Shown one piece after another: positions 18,095-27,571 of a stretch of DNA of 64,000 nt. The position numbers and the translations under genes were made by a program. The number at the start of each line of letters is the position of its first letter. The first letter of the stretch is position 1. The notes below the pieces were generated by a model. It did not search any database. It saw nothing but the letters and a program-made list of their open reading frames with translations, and had not been told where the DNA came from. The stretch is from an uncultured Klebsiella sp. (GTDB taxonomy: Bacteria; Verrucomicrobiota; Verrucomicrobiia; Limisphaerales; SXTU01): contig CAZQEW010000002.1 of assembly GCA_964591495.1 (NCBI GenBank), positions 37 through 64,036 on the forward strand, given 5' to 3'.

Positions 18095-18790
18095 TCAAGG
18101 GCTTGGTGAAAGTGATTCCGCTTTCGGTCTGCGGGGGAGACAATACATCGCCGTGGCCAGCAACGGCAAAGTGACCGCCCCATGCCAGGCCAATGTATGC
18201 GGCAGGTCGCGCGGACTATCACCGAGATGCAGCACCCACCCGTGCAGGACGCTCCCGGCCACCACGCCGCTCAGCACCAGCCATGCAGCAGCGGCGGCTG
18301 GGCGCTTGGCCGCGATACGCCCGCCGACCAGCAGCGGAAGCACACTGGACACCGCCACCAGCATCGCGTTCCCCACAGCCGTTCCACCCCCCGCCCCCGC
18401 GAACAGTCCGACCGCGGCCCAGCCAGCGCACAACAGCAACAGTCCCCAGCCATAACGCATCATAGGCTTTAAGGACTCGGGCTTACCCATCGCCACCCAC
18501 ATCCACGCCCCGCAACTCACACCCCAGATCGCCTCTTCGAGCGGCCAGCTCCCCAGCAGCGCCACCGGAGTGAGCATCGCGGCCACTGTCACTGCTGCGG
18601 CTGTCCAAGCCGCCCGCAGTCCCCGCTCCCGCCACCACCACGTGGAGACACCCGCATACACGCCCGCCGCCAGCGCCGCCACACCGGCTGGGAAACCCCG
18701 CACGAACAACGGCAGCAACTCCACTATCACTCCCGAGACGAGCACCCAAATCCAATGCTTTGGCCAGGATGCTGGAGAAGGGAACGGCAT
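18095..18790 (-). CDS. polytopic membrane protein, unknown family (paralog 2)
   Basis: About 6 hydrophobic segments. WGVSCGAWMWVAMGKPESLKPM and WHGAVTLPLLATAMYCL match paralog 1. Confidence 0.6.
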   Translation of the reverse strand: MPFPSPASWPKHWIWVLVSGVIVELLPLFVRGFPAGVAALAAGVYAGVSTWWWRERGLRAAWTAAAVTVAAMLTPVALLGSWPLEEAIWGVSCGAWMWVAMGKPESLKPMMRYGWGLLLLCAGWAAVGLFAGAGGGTAVGNAMLVAVSSVLPLLVGGRIAAKRPAAAAAWLVLSGVVAGSVLHGWVLHLGDSPRDLPHTLAWHGAVTLPLLATAMYCLPRRPKAESLSPSP

Positions 18791-18906
18791 GCCTGCTCTC
18801 TAGTTCCACCGGAGACATCGTCAAGCCCATCGACAGGGTATCCAAAGCTGCTGACTGCGTGGGCAACGTCACCCCGGATGAATGGCGCGATTTCTTACAA
18901 CAACGA

Positions 18907-19013
18907 TCATGCACACCCTGCTTGATCTCGGCGAAGTCCGCGTGATGGACGGCCTGCCGAAATCGCTGCTGGACACCCTCACTGGAAGCGAGCCGATCAA
19001 GGGGTTGGTTTGA
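18907..19013. repeat. direct repeat copy B (107 bp, non-coding copy of the DUF1501 3' end)
   Basis: Identical to 17142-17248. It is out of any plausible reading-frame context and ends 21 nt before the uvrB stop. Confidence 0.95.
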
Positions 19014-19034
19014 TCGAGCCGACAGCGGCTGCCC

Positions 19035-21146
19035 TTACACTCTGGGCGTCCACTTCGGCATGCCATCCTTGCGGGACTTGGCTTTGCGGGGCTTGCCGTA
19101 GCTGAACGACTTGGCCGGTGCTTCGCCGCCGGCCATGCGCTTCAACTCGTTGATCTGGTCGCGGCACAGCGCGGCCTTCTCAAACTCCAGGTTGTTCGAC
19201 GCCTCGATCATTTGCGCTTCCAGCTCGCGGATGGTCTCGGTCACGTCGAAGTCGCCGGCGGCTTCGTTCAGCATCGCCTCGGCAGTGGCGCGCTCCTCCT
19301 TCTGCGAGCTGAGGCTTTCCTCGACGGCGCGGCTGACGCTGCGCGGCGTGATGCCGTGGGCAGCGTTGTAGGCGAGCTGCTTCTCGCGCCGATACTTCGA
19401 GACGGCGAGGAAGCGCCTCATGCTGTCGGTCTGCACGTCCGCGTAGAGAATGACTTCGCCGTGCAGGTGACGCGCGGCCCGGCCGGCGGTCTGGATCAGG
19501 CTGGTTTCGCTGCGGAGGAAACCTTCCTTGTCCGCATCAAGGATGGCGACGAGGGAAACTTCCGGCAGGTCGAGGCCCTCACGCAGGAGGTTGATGCCGA
19601 CGAGCACGTCGAACTGGCCTTTGCGCAGGGCGCGAATGATCTCGACGCGTTCGAGCGCATCCACCTCGCTGTGGAGGTAACGGACGTTGATGCCGATATC
19701 GCGGAGGTAATCGGTGAGTTCCTCGGCCGTGCGTTTGGTGAGCGTGGTGACCAGGACCCGCTCCTTTTTCTCGACGCGCTTGCGGCATTCTTCGATGAGG
19801 TCGTCAATCTGGCCCTTGAGCGGCTTGAGCGTGATGACGGGATCCACGAGGCCGGTGGGGCGGATGACGAGCTCGACGATGCCGTCGTATGGCCGGCCAG
19901 ACGATGGCCCATCGCTGACCCGGCGGATGGCCTTTGCACTGTCCCGTGCCCATTCCAGTTCACGCGGCGCGGGCGTGGCGCTCACATAAATGGTCTGCTG
20001 CTGGAGGGATTGGAATTCCTCGAAGTTCAGCGGCCGGTTGTCGAGCGCGCTGGGCAGGCGGAAACCGTGGTCCACCAGCACGGTCTTGCGGCTGCGGTCG
20101 CCGGCATACATGCCGCCAATCTGCGGCACGCTGACGTGCGACTCGTCCATCACCAGCAGAAAGTCGTCCGGCATGAAGTCGATGAGCGTCGTGGGCCGCG
20201 AGCCGGGCGGGCGCTGCGCGATGTGACGGGAGTAGTTCTCGATGCCAGGGCAGAAGCCGAGTTGCTCCAGCATTTCGAGGTCAAACTCGGTCCGCATCTT
20301 GATCCGCTGGGCTTCAAGCAGCTTGCCCTGCTTCTCAAACCACGCGATGCGATCGCCCAGTTCCTCGCGGATGGTGAGGATGGCGGCCTTGAGCTTTTCG
20401 TTGGTGGTCACGAACTGCTTCCCGGGATACACGACCACGGCCTCCAGTTCCTCCAAGACCTCGCCCGTGAGCGGCTCGAAGCGCGTGATGCGGTCTACTT
20501 CGTCGCCGAAAAACTCGAACCGCAATGCGTCCTCGGTGTAGCCGGGCCGCAGCTCGACGGTGTCGCCGCGCACGCGGAACTGCGCACGCTCGAAGGCGAC
20601 GTCATTGCGGGAATATTGGATGTCCACAAGGCGGGAGAGAAGCTGCTCCCGCGAGAGCGCCATGCCCTTGCGCACGGGGATGACCATGGCCTCGTAATCC
20701 TCTTTGCTGCCGATGCCGTAGATGCACGAAACGCTGGCGACCACCACCACGTCCCGGCGCGCAAAGAGCGAGCTCATCGTCGAGAGCCGCAGGCGCTCGA
20801 TCTCGTCGTTCCGGCTGGAATCCTTCTCAATGAACGTGTCGCTGCGCGGGATGTAAGCCTCGGGCTGGTAGTAATCGAAATAGCTGACGAAGTATTCGAC
20901 GGCGTTCCGCGGGAAGAAGGACTTGAACTCGGCGTAGAGCTGGGCGGCGAGGGTTTTGTTGTGCGAGATGACAAGGGTGGGCCGCTGGATCTGCTGGATG
21001 ACGTTCGCGACGGTGTAGGTTTTGCCCGAGCCGGTGACACCGAGGAGCACCTGATGCTTCGCGCCCGCCTGCAAGCCCGCGACGAGCTTCTCGATGGCCT
21101 GTGGCTGGTCGCCAGCGGGCGCGTAGGGAGCGGTCAGTTCAAACAT
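19035..21146 (-). CDS. uvrB: excinuclease ABC subunit B
   Basis: [14 protein letters not shown]...[14 protein letters not shown] box (VMDESHV), and C-terminal UVR domain ([17 protein letters not shown]). Start at MFELTAPY matches E. coli N-terminal spacing. Confidence 0.96.
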   Translation of the reverse strand: MFELTAPYAPAGDQPQAIEKLVAGLQAGAKHQVLLGVTGSGKTYTVANVIQQIQRPTLVISHNKTLAAQLYAEFKSFFPRNAVEYFVSYFDYYQPEAYIPRSDTFIEKDSSRNDEIERLRLSTMSSLFARRDVVVVASVSCIYGIGSKEDYEAMVIPVRKGMALSREQLLSRLVDIQYSRNDVAFERAQFRVRGDTVELRPGYTEDALRFEFFGDEVDRITRFEPLTGEVLEELEAVVVYPGKQFVTTNEKLKAAILTIREELGDRIAWFEKQGKLLEAQRIKMRTEFDLEMLEQLGFCPGIENYSRHIAQRPPGSRPTTLIDFMPDDFLLVMDESHVSVPQIGGMYAGDRSRKTVLVDHGFRLPSALDNRPLNFEEFQSLQQQTIYVSATPAPRELEWARDSAKAIRRVSDGPSSGRPYDGIVELVIRPTGLVDPVITLKPLKGQIDDLIEECRKRVEKKERVLVTTLTKRTAEELTDYLRDIGINVRYLHSEVDALERVEIIRALRKGQFDVLVGINLLREGLDLPEVSLVAILDADKEGFLRSETSLIQTAGRAARHLHGEVILYADVQTDSMRRFLAVSKYRREKQLAYNAAHGITPRSVSRAVEESLSSQKEERATAEAMLNEAAGDFDVTETIRELEAQMIEASNNLEFEKAALCRDQINELKRMAGGEAPAKSFSYGKPRKAKSRKDGMPKWTPRV

Positions 21147-21372
21147 CACGCCGACGGTAGGAAGGAGCGGAAGCCGAGTCAAACGGCCGCAAGAAGGCGT
21201 GCAGCCTGGCCTGAACTAGGCGCCGCAGGCCCTCGACTCAGGCATGAAGCCGCCGCCGCCCGGCCGTGGCATGCTTGGACCACACACCCTGACAGCCGGC
21301 GGGCCCGCAATGATCGGTGATCTGATCGCTGATTCACACTCGCCCCACGGCTCGGCCTGTGCATAAATCCTC

Positions 21373-24210
21373 GTGCTCTACGTGAAGCGAGCCGTGTCAG
21401 CCAAATCAGATGCCCCCGCATGCTCCGGGGGGCCGGGAGTCCGCATTCGCTTGCGTGCCCCGCTGTCCCATCCCCCGCTCAGGCTCCTTCAGCTCGCCGT
21501 GTGGCATGCGTTAATCTCCACCTTCGCCACGGTCGCTGCACTGGCGGCCGAGCCGGCCGAGCTCCGCCGCAAGCTTTTGGCCGGTGAGCCCATCGTGTTT
21601 GCGGCTGACCAGGCTGAGACTGCGCGCACGCTTCCCGCAGCCTGGCTGGCTGAAGCAGCGCACAAGGGCATGGCCGTTAATGTCTCGCGGGCGGTGATCG
21701 TGGAGCCGCTCGACCTGCGCCACGCCGCGGTGACGAACAGATTCCGGCTGGCCCAATGCACCTTCAAAGCCGGAGCCAACTGCGCATTTGCCGTCTTTGA
21801 GCAGGGCTTTGACTTCACGGACAGCCACTTCGCAACCAATGCCAACTTCAATGGGGCGATCGCTCGGCGGGCAGCGCTGTTGCGCAGCACCAGTTTTTCG
21901 GGCGACGCGATCTTCACGGATGCGACGGCGGAAGACATTTTCCTCGCCGAGGGCGCGGCCTTCCTCGGTCCTCTCGTTCGTTTTGACCGGGCAAGCTTCC
22001 TGAAGTCCGCCTATTTTGGACCGAGCACTGGCTGGCCGGCCGCCTCGTTCGGCGGAAGCGTCTCCTTTGCCAACGCGCGATTCGCAGGGGCGGTGAATTT
22101 TGACCGCGTGCGTTTTGGGAGGCCGGACAGCTCGACGGATTTCCGGGAAGTCCGCTGTGAACGAACGGCCAGTTTCCGGGGCACGGAATTCCGCGGGCCG
22201 GCGCTGTTCAGCACGGCTACGTTCCTCGGCACGGTGATGTTCGGTCCGGAGGCTACCCAAACGAGGGCGGTGCCCGCTGCCCGGTTTGTTGGCCCCGCTG
22301 ATTTTGGCAGTGTGCAATTTGGCGGCGAAGCTGACTTCACCCAGGTGCAGTTCCTGACCAAGTCCCCCGTCAGCTTCGATGGCAGCTCGTTCAAGGATTA
22401 TGCGAAATTCGGTCAGGCGCACTTTGCAGGTGGGGCGCTGTTCTCCCAGGCCACCTTTGGCTCATTGGCCGAGTTTGATAAGGCGCGTTTTCTGGGCACA
22501 GATGAAGGGCCGGCCGTAAGTTTTCAGGACAGTTCGATCGGGGGGCGGGCGAACTTTGCATCCGCCCAGTTCGCTGGAGCGGCCGACTTCCGCAACACGC
22601 GATTTGCCGGTGAAAGCTTCTTTAACGGAGCGGTGTTTGCCGCAGAGGCGCTGTTCACCTATGCCCGCTTTGGCCACACCGTGTCGTTTAGCGCACTCCA
22701 GAACAGCGATGTGCCGGGAGCCACCTTCGCCGACATGGCTGTTTTTTCGGGCGTAAAGTTCGAACTGGACGCCTTTTTTGAGCGGGTAAGCTTCACGGCA
22801 ACCAATCGGCCGGTATCATTCTCGGGGGCCATCTTCGGGGCTGAGACGGCTTTCGATGGGGCACAGTTTTCAGGCGACGCGAACTTTGTCCGCGCCACCT
22901 TCACTTCAGCGGCAACGTTCACGGAGGCAAAGTTTCTGAACCCTGCCATGACGGCCCAGTTCAATTCGATCAAGGCAGGAAAAACGCTGAACTTCACCGG
23001 CGCACGATTCGCCGGACCATTCGACTTCGTCGCGGCCGAGGCCGTGGGCCCCGTGCAGTTCGCCAGTGTCGTGTTCGGCGGCGAAGCATCTTTCAACGCA
23101 ATGGCCGTAGAGCGGCACGCGGTGTTCGGCCCGCTCGGAACGAACCCGCCGACGCGTTTCCACAAATCGGCCGATTTCATCGCGTCACGCATCGGCGGGC
23201 AACTCGACTTGGCGGCCGCGCGCTTTGACGGCGAGGCGCTGTTCCGGGGAGCCAACTTTCAGCGCGGCTTGATTCTAAGCTGGCGCCCCGGAGGCACCGG
23301 CCCCGTGCAGGCGGCGGAGTTTCGGGCCAAGGTTGACTTTCGCAATGTGCAGGCGGCCGAGCGCGTGCAAATGGCCGGGGTCACCTTTCATGATCAGGTG
23401 GCTTTCGACTCGACGAAATGGGATGTGCCAATGGCCTTTGAGGAAGTGCGCTTCCGGAAAGGCGCGAGCTTGACCCGGGCAGCCTTCTCGCAGGGCGCCG
23501 ATTTCAGCACCGCACGGTATGAGGGAACCCTGGATCTGACGGATTCCAATTTTCGCACGCTCCGGCTGACCACACTGTCACAATGGACCGATGGTCCGAT
23601 TGAGCTGCGCGGGGCAACGTATGAGGAGTTCATCGGCAACGTGGGGGCGCTGCTGGAGGCCTTCACCCGGCCGGACCGTCCCGTGCTCACGCGGCTGGAG
23701 CGTTCCCTGAGGCAGGTAGGTCAGGACGATGAAGCCGACATTGTTTACCTGCAGAACCAGAATCGGGAGCGTCAGCAGTGCTGGGCCGAGAGCAAGTATG
23801 GCGAATGGTTTTTCCGGTCGCTCTACGGCGTCCTCGGCAACTATGGCGTGCGCCCCTACCGACTGCTCTTCTTTTCGATCGGGCTGGTGTGGCTGGGCGC
23901 GCTGGTCTTCCAGATTCCCGGTGCCGTAGCGCACAAGAACGCGCGCTCTGGTGGTGCCAGCTCGCCAGCGCGCATCACCCGGTTTGAAGCGGTCGCATTG
24001 AGCATCTGCTACTTCCTGCCGGTGGAGTTCCCCCTCGAGGAGGAATGGGTGGCCGCGACAGCCCCATTGAGTTACCGGGTTCCCTGGCTGAGTAGACCCA
24101 TCGTGCTGCGGCCCGCGGCGATAGCGAACTTTCTCCTGCGGCTTTCAGGCTGGGTGGTGGTTCCGCTGGCCTTGGCGGCAGTCACTGGCCTGCTGAAGAC
24201 CAACGGCTGA
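21373..24210 (+). CDS. very large pentapeptide-repeat protein with C-terminal transmembrane module
   Basis: Hundreds of residues have 5-residue periodicity (ANFNGAIARRAALLRSTSFSGDAIFTDATAEDIF...). The C-terminal part has hydrophobic helices (LLFFSIGLVWLGALVF, GWVVVPLALAAVTGLL). Start uncertain: GTG at 21373, and no ATG in the first ~98 codons. Confidence 0.75.
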   Translation: MLYVKRAVSAKSDAPACSGGPGVRIRLRAPLSHPPLRLLQLAVWHALISTFATVAALAAEPAELRRKLLAGEPIVFAADQAETARTLPAAWLAEAAHKGMAVNVSRAVIVEPLDLRHAAVTNRFRLAQCTFKAGANCAFAVFEQGFDFTDSHFATNANFNGAIARRAALLRSTSFSGDAIFTDATAEDIFLAEGAAFLGPLVRFDRASFLKSAYFGPSTGWPAASFGGSVSFANARFAGAVNFDRVRFGRPDSSTDFREVRCERTASFRGTEFRGPALFSTATFLGTVMFGPEATQTRAVPAARFVGPADFGSVQFGGEADFTQVQFLTKSPVSFDGSSFKDYAKFGQAHFAGGALFSQATFGSLAEFDKARFLGTDEGPAVSFQDSSIGGRANFASAQFAGAADFRNTRFAGESFFNGAVFAAEALFTYARFGHTVSFSALQNSDVPGATFADMAVFSGVKFELDAFFERVSFTATNRPVSFSGAIFGAETAFDGAQFSGDANFVRATFTSAATFTEAKFLNPAMTAQFNSIKAGKTLNFTGARFAGPFDFVAAEAVGPVQFASVVFGGEASFNAMAVERHAVFGPLGTNPPTRFHKSADFIASRIGGQLDLAAARFDGEALFRGANFQRGLILSWRPGGTGPVQAAEFRAKVDFRNVQAAERVQMAGVTFHDQVAFDSTKWDVPMAFEEVRFRKGASLTRAAFSQGADFSTARYEGTLDLTDSNFRTLRLTTLSQWTDGPIELRGATYEEFIGNVGALLEAFTRPDRPVLTRLERSLRQVGQDDEADIVYLQNQNRERQQCWAESKYGEWFFRSLYGVLGNYGVRPYRLLFFSIGLVWLGALVFQIPGAVAHKNARSGGASSPARITRFEAVALSICYFLPVEFPLEEEWVAATAPLSYRVPWLSRPIVLRPAAIANFLLRLSGWVVVPLALAAVTGLLKTNG

Positions 24211-24236
24211 CTCACCTCGGGCCGGCAGGAGCAGGA

Positions 24237-24659
24237 TTACTTTTGCCCAGCCTGTTTCGTGTAGGCCGTGACGGTCTTGATCCGGGCCGATTTCGCTGCG
24301 TCCATCACCTTCACGAGTTGGCCCACGGGGGCGTCCGTATCCGAACGGACCGCCAGAACGAGGTTCGGATTTGCCCGCACCTTGGCCGACAGCTCCTCCT
24401 GCAAGCGTCCCACGGTCATCGGTTTGCCGCCGAAATGGAGATGCGGTGGAGATTTGACTATGTCCACAAACACGGGCGGCAGTTTTTCGGCGACACCTTC
24501 CTTGGCCTGCGATGATTCCGGCAGGGTAAGCTTGACCGCCGGCTGCTGGCGGAAAGTCGTGCTCACCATCAGGAAGATCAGGACCACCATCAGCACGTCG
24601 ATCAACGACACGATGATGACGGCGGGCGGCGAACGGCGTTTACGGGAGGTGAACTGCAT
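24237..24659 (-). CDS. exbD: ExbD/TolR biopolymer transport protein
   Basis: 140 aa. N-terminal single TM, VIIVSLIDVLMVVLIFLMV, with periplasmic domain. Confidence 0.85.
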   Translation of the reverse strand: MQFTSRKRRSPPAVIIVSLIDVLMVVLIFLMVSTTFRQQPAVKLTLPESSQAKEGVAEKLPPVFVDIVKSPPHLHFGGKPMTVGRLQEELSAKVRANPNLVLAVRSDTDAPVGQLVKVMDAAKSARIKTVTAYTKQAGQK

Positions 24660-24665
24660 GGCCGG

Positions 24666-25265
24666 TCAGGCGCGGTTGGCAGCCCGGTATTGCCGCTGGA
24701 GAAACTCATCGCACAAGGTCTCCATTTCGACCGCCAGGTTCTCCACCTTCTTGCTAAAGTAACTCCACGCGACGAGAGAAGGGATGGCCACGAGCAATCC
24801 CATCAGGGTCGCGCGGAGGGCGAGGGCGATGCCGGCGGCAAACACGCTGTTGTCACCGGTCAAGGCCTGCTGCCCCAACCCTGTGAACAGGAGAATCAGC
24901 CCATATACCGTGCCGACCAGACCCAACAACGGGGCAATCCCCGTGACGATCTCCAGCACCACCAATCCCCGCTCCAGCTGGGCCATCTCATGCCGCGCCT
25001 TGGTTTGCAGCGCGTCCACGTTTTCGCCCTTGGGGCAGTCCAGATGGCTCGCAGCCACCAGCAGCAGCCGCCCCAGCGGAGACGGGTGCTGTTCGCACAG
25101 GCGCCGAAGCATGGGTAAATCGGACTCGGACTGACAGTTCTCTACGGCATCTGCAAGCACCGGCGGAATGACGCGCGCAGCCCGCAGTGCCAACGCCCGC
25201 TCAACTATGAAGGTCACGCTGACCACCGAGGTCAGCGTCAGCAAAATCATGATGGCCTGTTCCAT
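24666..25265 (-). CDS. exbB: MotA/TolQ/ExbB proton-channel protein
   Basis: 199 aa with three TM segments. The GIAPLLGLVGTVYGLI and ALRATLMGLLVAIP blocks are typical of ExbB/TolQ. It ends 6 nt upstream of exbD. Confidence 0.85.
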   Translation of the reverse strand: MEQAIMILLTLTSVVSVTFIVERALALRAARVIPPVLADAVENCQSESDLPMLRRLCEQHPSPLGRLLLVAASHLDCPKGENVDALQTKARHEMAQLERGLVVLEIVTGIAPLLGLVGTVYGLILLFTGLGQQALTGDNSVFAAGIALALRATLMGLLVAIPSLVAWSYFSKKVENLAVEMETLCDEFLQRQYRAANRA

Positions 25266-25337
25266 TTGTCAGGCGGGATTGAGGCCCTTCCGGGGCAACG
25301 GAGCAAGCGGAGAAGTTCAGCCCGCTTCCCATCTGAG

Positions 25338-26795
25338 CTAGGCCAGCACGGACTGGATGACCTGCCCATGCACGTCCGTGAGGCGACGTTCGATGCCGTT
25401 ATGGTAGAAGCTCAGGCGCTCGTGGTCCAAGCCGAGGAGGTGCAACACCGTCGCGTGCAGATCATAGATCGTGGTCACGTCCTGCACCGCGCGGTAGCCA
25501 AACTCGTCCGTCGCACCGTAGCTGAATCCACGTTTCACCCCGGCACCGGCCAGCCAGATGGTGAAGCCGCTGGGGTTGTGATCGCGGCCGCTAGCCCCTT
25601 TTTGGAAGGTAGGCATCCGGCCGAACTCGGTCACAAACATCACCAGTGTATCCGCCAGCAGCCCGCGCGACTTCAGGTCACGGAGAAGCGCGGCGCAGGG
25701 CTGATCAAGGATGTTCGCGTGACCGGGATATTGGTTGGCGATGGTTTTGTGCCCATCCCAGTTGCCGACGCCCTCCCCCATCGCGTAGGCACCGTTGAAG
25801 AGCTGAACAAAACGCACCCCGCGCTCCAGGAGACGGCGGGCGAGCAGACAGTTCTTGGCAAAGCCGGCCTTGTTTCTGTTCGGATCGTCAACGCCATACA
25901 ACGCAAGCGTCGCCGCGCTTTCGCCACGCGTGTCGCCGACTTCGGCGGCGGCCAGCTGCATCCGGGCGGCGAGTTCATAGCTGGCAATGCGCGCCGAAAG
26001 TTCGGTGCCACCGGGATGCTGCGCGAGATGACGGTCGTTGAGGAACTTAACTAGGTCCCGGGTCGCCACGTCCGCGCCTTCGCTGATGGAGGCCGGCCGC
26101 GCCAGGTTGGCAATGGGTTTGTCCGCGTTGAAGGGCGTGCCCTGATAGGCGGCGGGCAGGAACGCGGAAGCCCATTGGCGGGTGCTGATCTGCGGCACGC
26201 CGCGCGGGTCAGGAATCGCCACATAAGCGGGAAGATTTTGGCCCTCGCTGCCGAGGGCGTAGGTTACCCATGCGCCCATGCTGGGGAAACCATCCAAAAT
26301 GTAGCCGGTGCTCATCTGACTCTCGGCCGGACCATGGGTGTTCGACTTGCCAGTCATCGAATGGATGAAGCACAACTCATCCGCCAACTCCCCGAGGCAC
26401 GGAAGCAGCTCGCTGGTCATCTTGCCGCTCTGCCCACGGGGACGGAACTCCCACAGCGGCTTGATAAGGTTGCCGTTTTCGCCCTGAAACGTGACCAGCC
26501 TGTCCTGTCCCGGCATGGGCGTGTCGTGCCGCTTCAACAGCTCGGGCTTGTAGTCGAACGAATCCACATGGCTCAACGCGCCGGTGCAGAACACCATCAG
26601 CACGCGCCGGGCTCGCGGGACAAAGTGCGGCGGGCGGGCGGCATAAGGCCGCTCCGAATCAATTACCGGCCGGATGGGGGGGCGGTCGGACGCCAACAGA
26701 GACGTGAGGGCCAGACCGCCCAAACCCATGCCGCCCAGCCCAAGCAGTTCCCGTCTTGCAACGATGCGGTTACGAAAAATCGCCTGATGGTTCAT
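25338..26795 (-). CDS. DUF1501 domain protein (Tat signal)
   Basis: [17 protein letters not shown] leader. Family blocks ...[25 protein letters not shown] and GRDHNPSGF. Confidence 0.9.
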   Translation of the reverse strand: MNHQAIFRNRIVARRELLGLGGMGLGGLALTSLLASDRPPIRPVIDSERPYAARPPHFVPRARRVLMVFCTGALSHVDSFDYKPELLKRHDTPMPGQDRLVTFQGENGNLIKPLWEFRPRGQSGKMTSELLPCLGELADELCFIHSMTGKSNTHGPAESQMSTGYILDGFPSMGAWVTYALGSEGQNLPAYVAIPDPRGVPQISTRQWASAFLPAAYQGTPFNADKPIANLARPASISEGADVATRDLVKFLNDRHLAQHPGGTELSARIASYELAARMQLAAAEVGDTRGESAATLALYGVDDPNRNKAGFAKNCLLARRLLERGVRFVQLFNGAYAMGEGVGNWDGHKTIANQYPGHANILDQPCAALLRDLKSRGLLADTLVMFVTEFGRMPTFQKGASGRDHNPSGFTIWLAGAGVKRGFSYGATDEFGYRAVQDVTTIYDLHATVLHLLGLDHERLSFYHNGIERRLTDVHGQVIQSVLA

Positions 26796-26829
26796 GTAAA
26801 CAAAATGGCTGAAAATTGGGCTTGCGGTG

Positions 26830-26851
26830 AGTATGGCATCGATGCCATACT
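26830..26851. promoter_or_regulatory. 22-bp perfect palindrome, candidate vapBC operator
   Basis: agtatggcatc|gatgccatact is self-complementary over all 22 nt and ends 6 nt before the vapB ATG. A possible -35 ttgcgg (26822) and -10 catact (26846) overlap it. Confidence 0.5.
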
Positions 26852-26857
26852 TACTCC

Positions 26858-27154
26858 ATGAAAATGACCATGCACATCGACGAAGGCATCCTCGAGAGAG
26901 TGATGAAATGGACCGGAGCCAGCAGCAAAACCGAAGCCGTAGACCTCGCGCTCAAGGAAATGGACCGGAAAGCCAGACTCGCCGAATTCGGAAAAGCTGG
27001 CCTCGGCCTGACCCGGGCGGAACTCATGGAAGCCGTGGATCCGAGCTATGACCTCATGTCCCTGCGTTTGGCGGAGTCCCCTGGAGCATTGCCTCCGCCG
27101 GCCGGACCGGTGGGTCCGGTCACTTACCGCAAGGCCGGGCGCTCCAAAAAATAA
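26858..27154 (+). CDS. vapB: type II antitoxin, VapB (DUF2191) family
   Basis: [31 protein letters not shown] matches the M-x-T-x-D-I-D...L...A....G..tK.eAV..AL.e pattern of PF09957-type antitoxins. It lies 12 nt upstream of a PIN gene. Confidence 0.8.
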   Translation: MKMTMHIDEGILERVMKWTGASSKTEAVDLALKEMDRKARLAEFGKAGLGLTRAELMEAVDPSYDLMSLRLAESPGALPPPAGPVGPVTYRKAGRSKK

Positions 27155-27166
27155 CAGACACCTCCT

Positions 27167-27553
27167 GTGCTGCTCATCGATTCCTGCATTTACATCGAGC
27201 ATCTGCGAGCCGGCCGCGACCCGGCGCAAGTGTTTGCGCCCTACGCGCAACAACACGACCTCTCTACCTGCGGCATCATCCGGTGCGAAGTCCTGCGCGG
27301 CATGCGCACCGCCAAGGCGAGACGAGCGCTGGCAGATTACATGGGCTGCCTGCTCTACATCCCCACACTCAACAATGTTTGGGAGGCCGCCGAAGAAATC
27401 CTGTGGCAGACCGACCGTGCCGGCTTCCGAATCCCTGTCTCTGACGCGATAATCGCCGCGTGCGCCATCAAGACGAATGGTGCGGTGCTCACCCACGACC
27501 GGCACTTTCGCGCCATCTCCGGGCTGCGGGTGTTCGACGAGTTTCCTGGATGA
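27167..27553 (+). CDS. vapC: PIN-domain ribonuclease toxin VapC
   Basis: GTG start. Acidic quartet in the expected order: LLIDS (D5), CEVL (E), SDAIIAA (D), THDRHF (D). Confidence 0.8.
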   Translation: MLLIDSCIYIEHLRAGRDPAQVFAPYAQQHDLSTCGIIRCEVLRGMRTAKARRALADYMGCLLYIPTLNNVWEAAEEILWQTDRAGFRIPVSDAIIAACAIKTNGAVLTHDRHFRAISGLRVFDEFPG

Positions 27554-27571
27554 GTCAAAGCGCATCGAGGT

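Larger units (their letters stand above)
17249..18906. other. 1658-bp insert bounded by the 107-bp direct repeats (possible integrated element, mechanism unknown)
   Basis: Bracketed by perfect direct repeats and carries only the two paralogous membrane ORFs. No recombinase gene and no terminal inverted repeats. Confidence 0.4.

Noticed and set aside
18869-19066. 65-aa ORF sharing an identical peptide (QTNPLIGSLPVRVSSSDFGRPSITRTSPRSSRVCM) with ORF 17038-17289
   Set aside because: Both are antisense read-outs of the 107-bp direct repeat. The identity is a by-product of the DNA repeat, not evidence for a coding gene.
19212-21320. 702-aa plus-strand ORF
   Set aside because: It is antisense to uvrB, whose identity is unambiguous. 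The composition is shadow-ORF-like.
21147-21372. SOS/LexA operator upstream of uvrB
   Set aside because: No TGTTC-N4-GAACA-like or CTGT-N8-ACAG-like palindrome is visible in the upstream region.
26792-27565. 257-aa minus-strand ORF filling the gap between DUF1553 and DUF1501 on their own strand
   Set aside because: It was tempting as a missing operon member. However, the translation is Arg/Gly-rich and featureless, whereas the opposite strand encodes a recognisable VapB antitoxin and a PIN toxin with the full acidic quartet.
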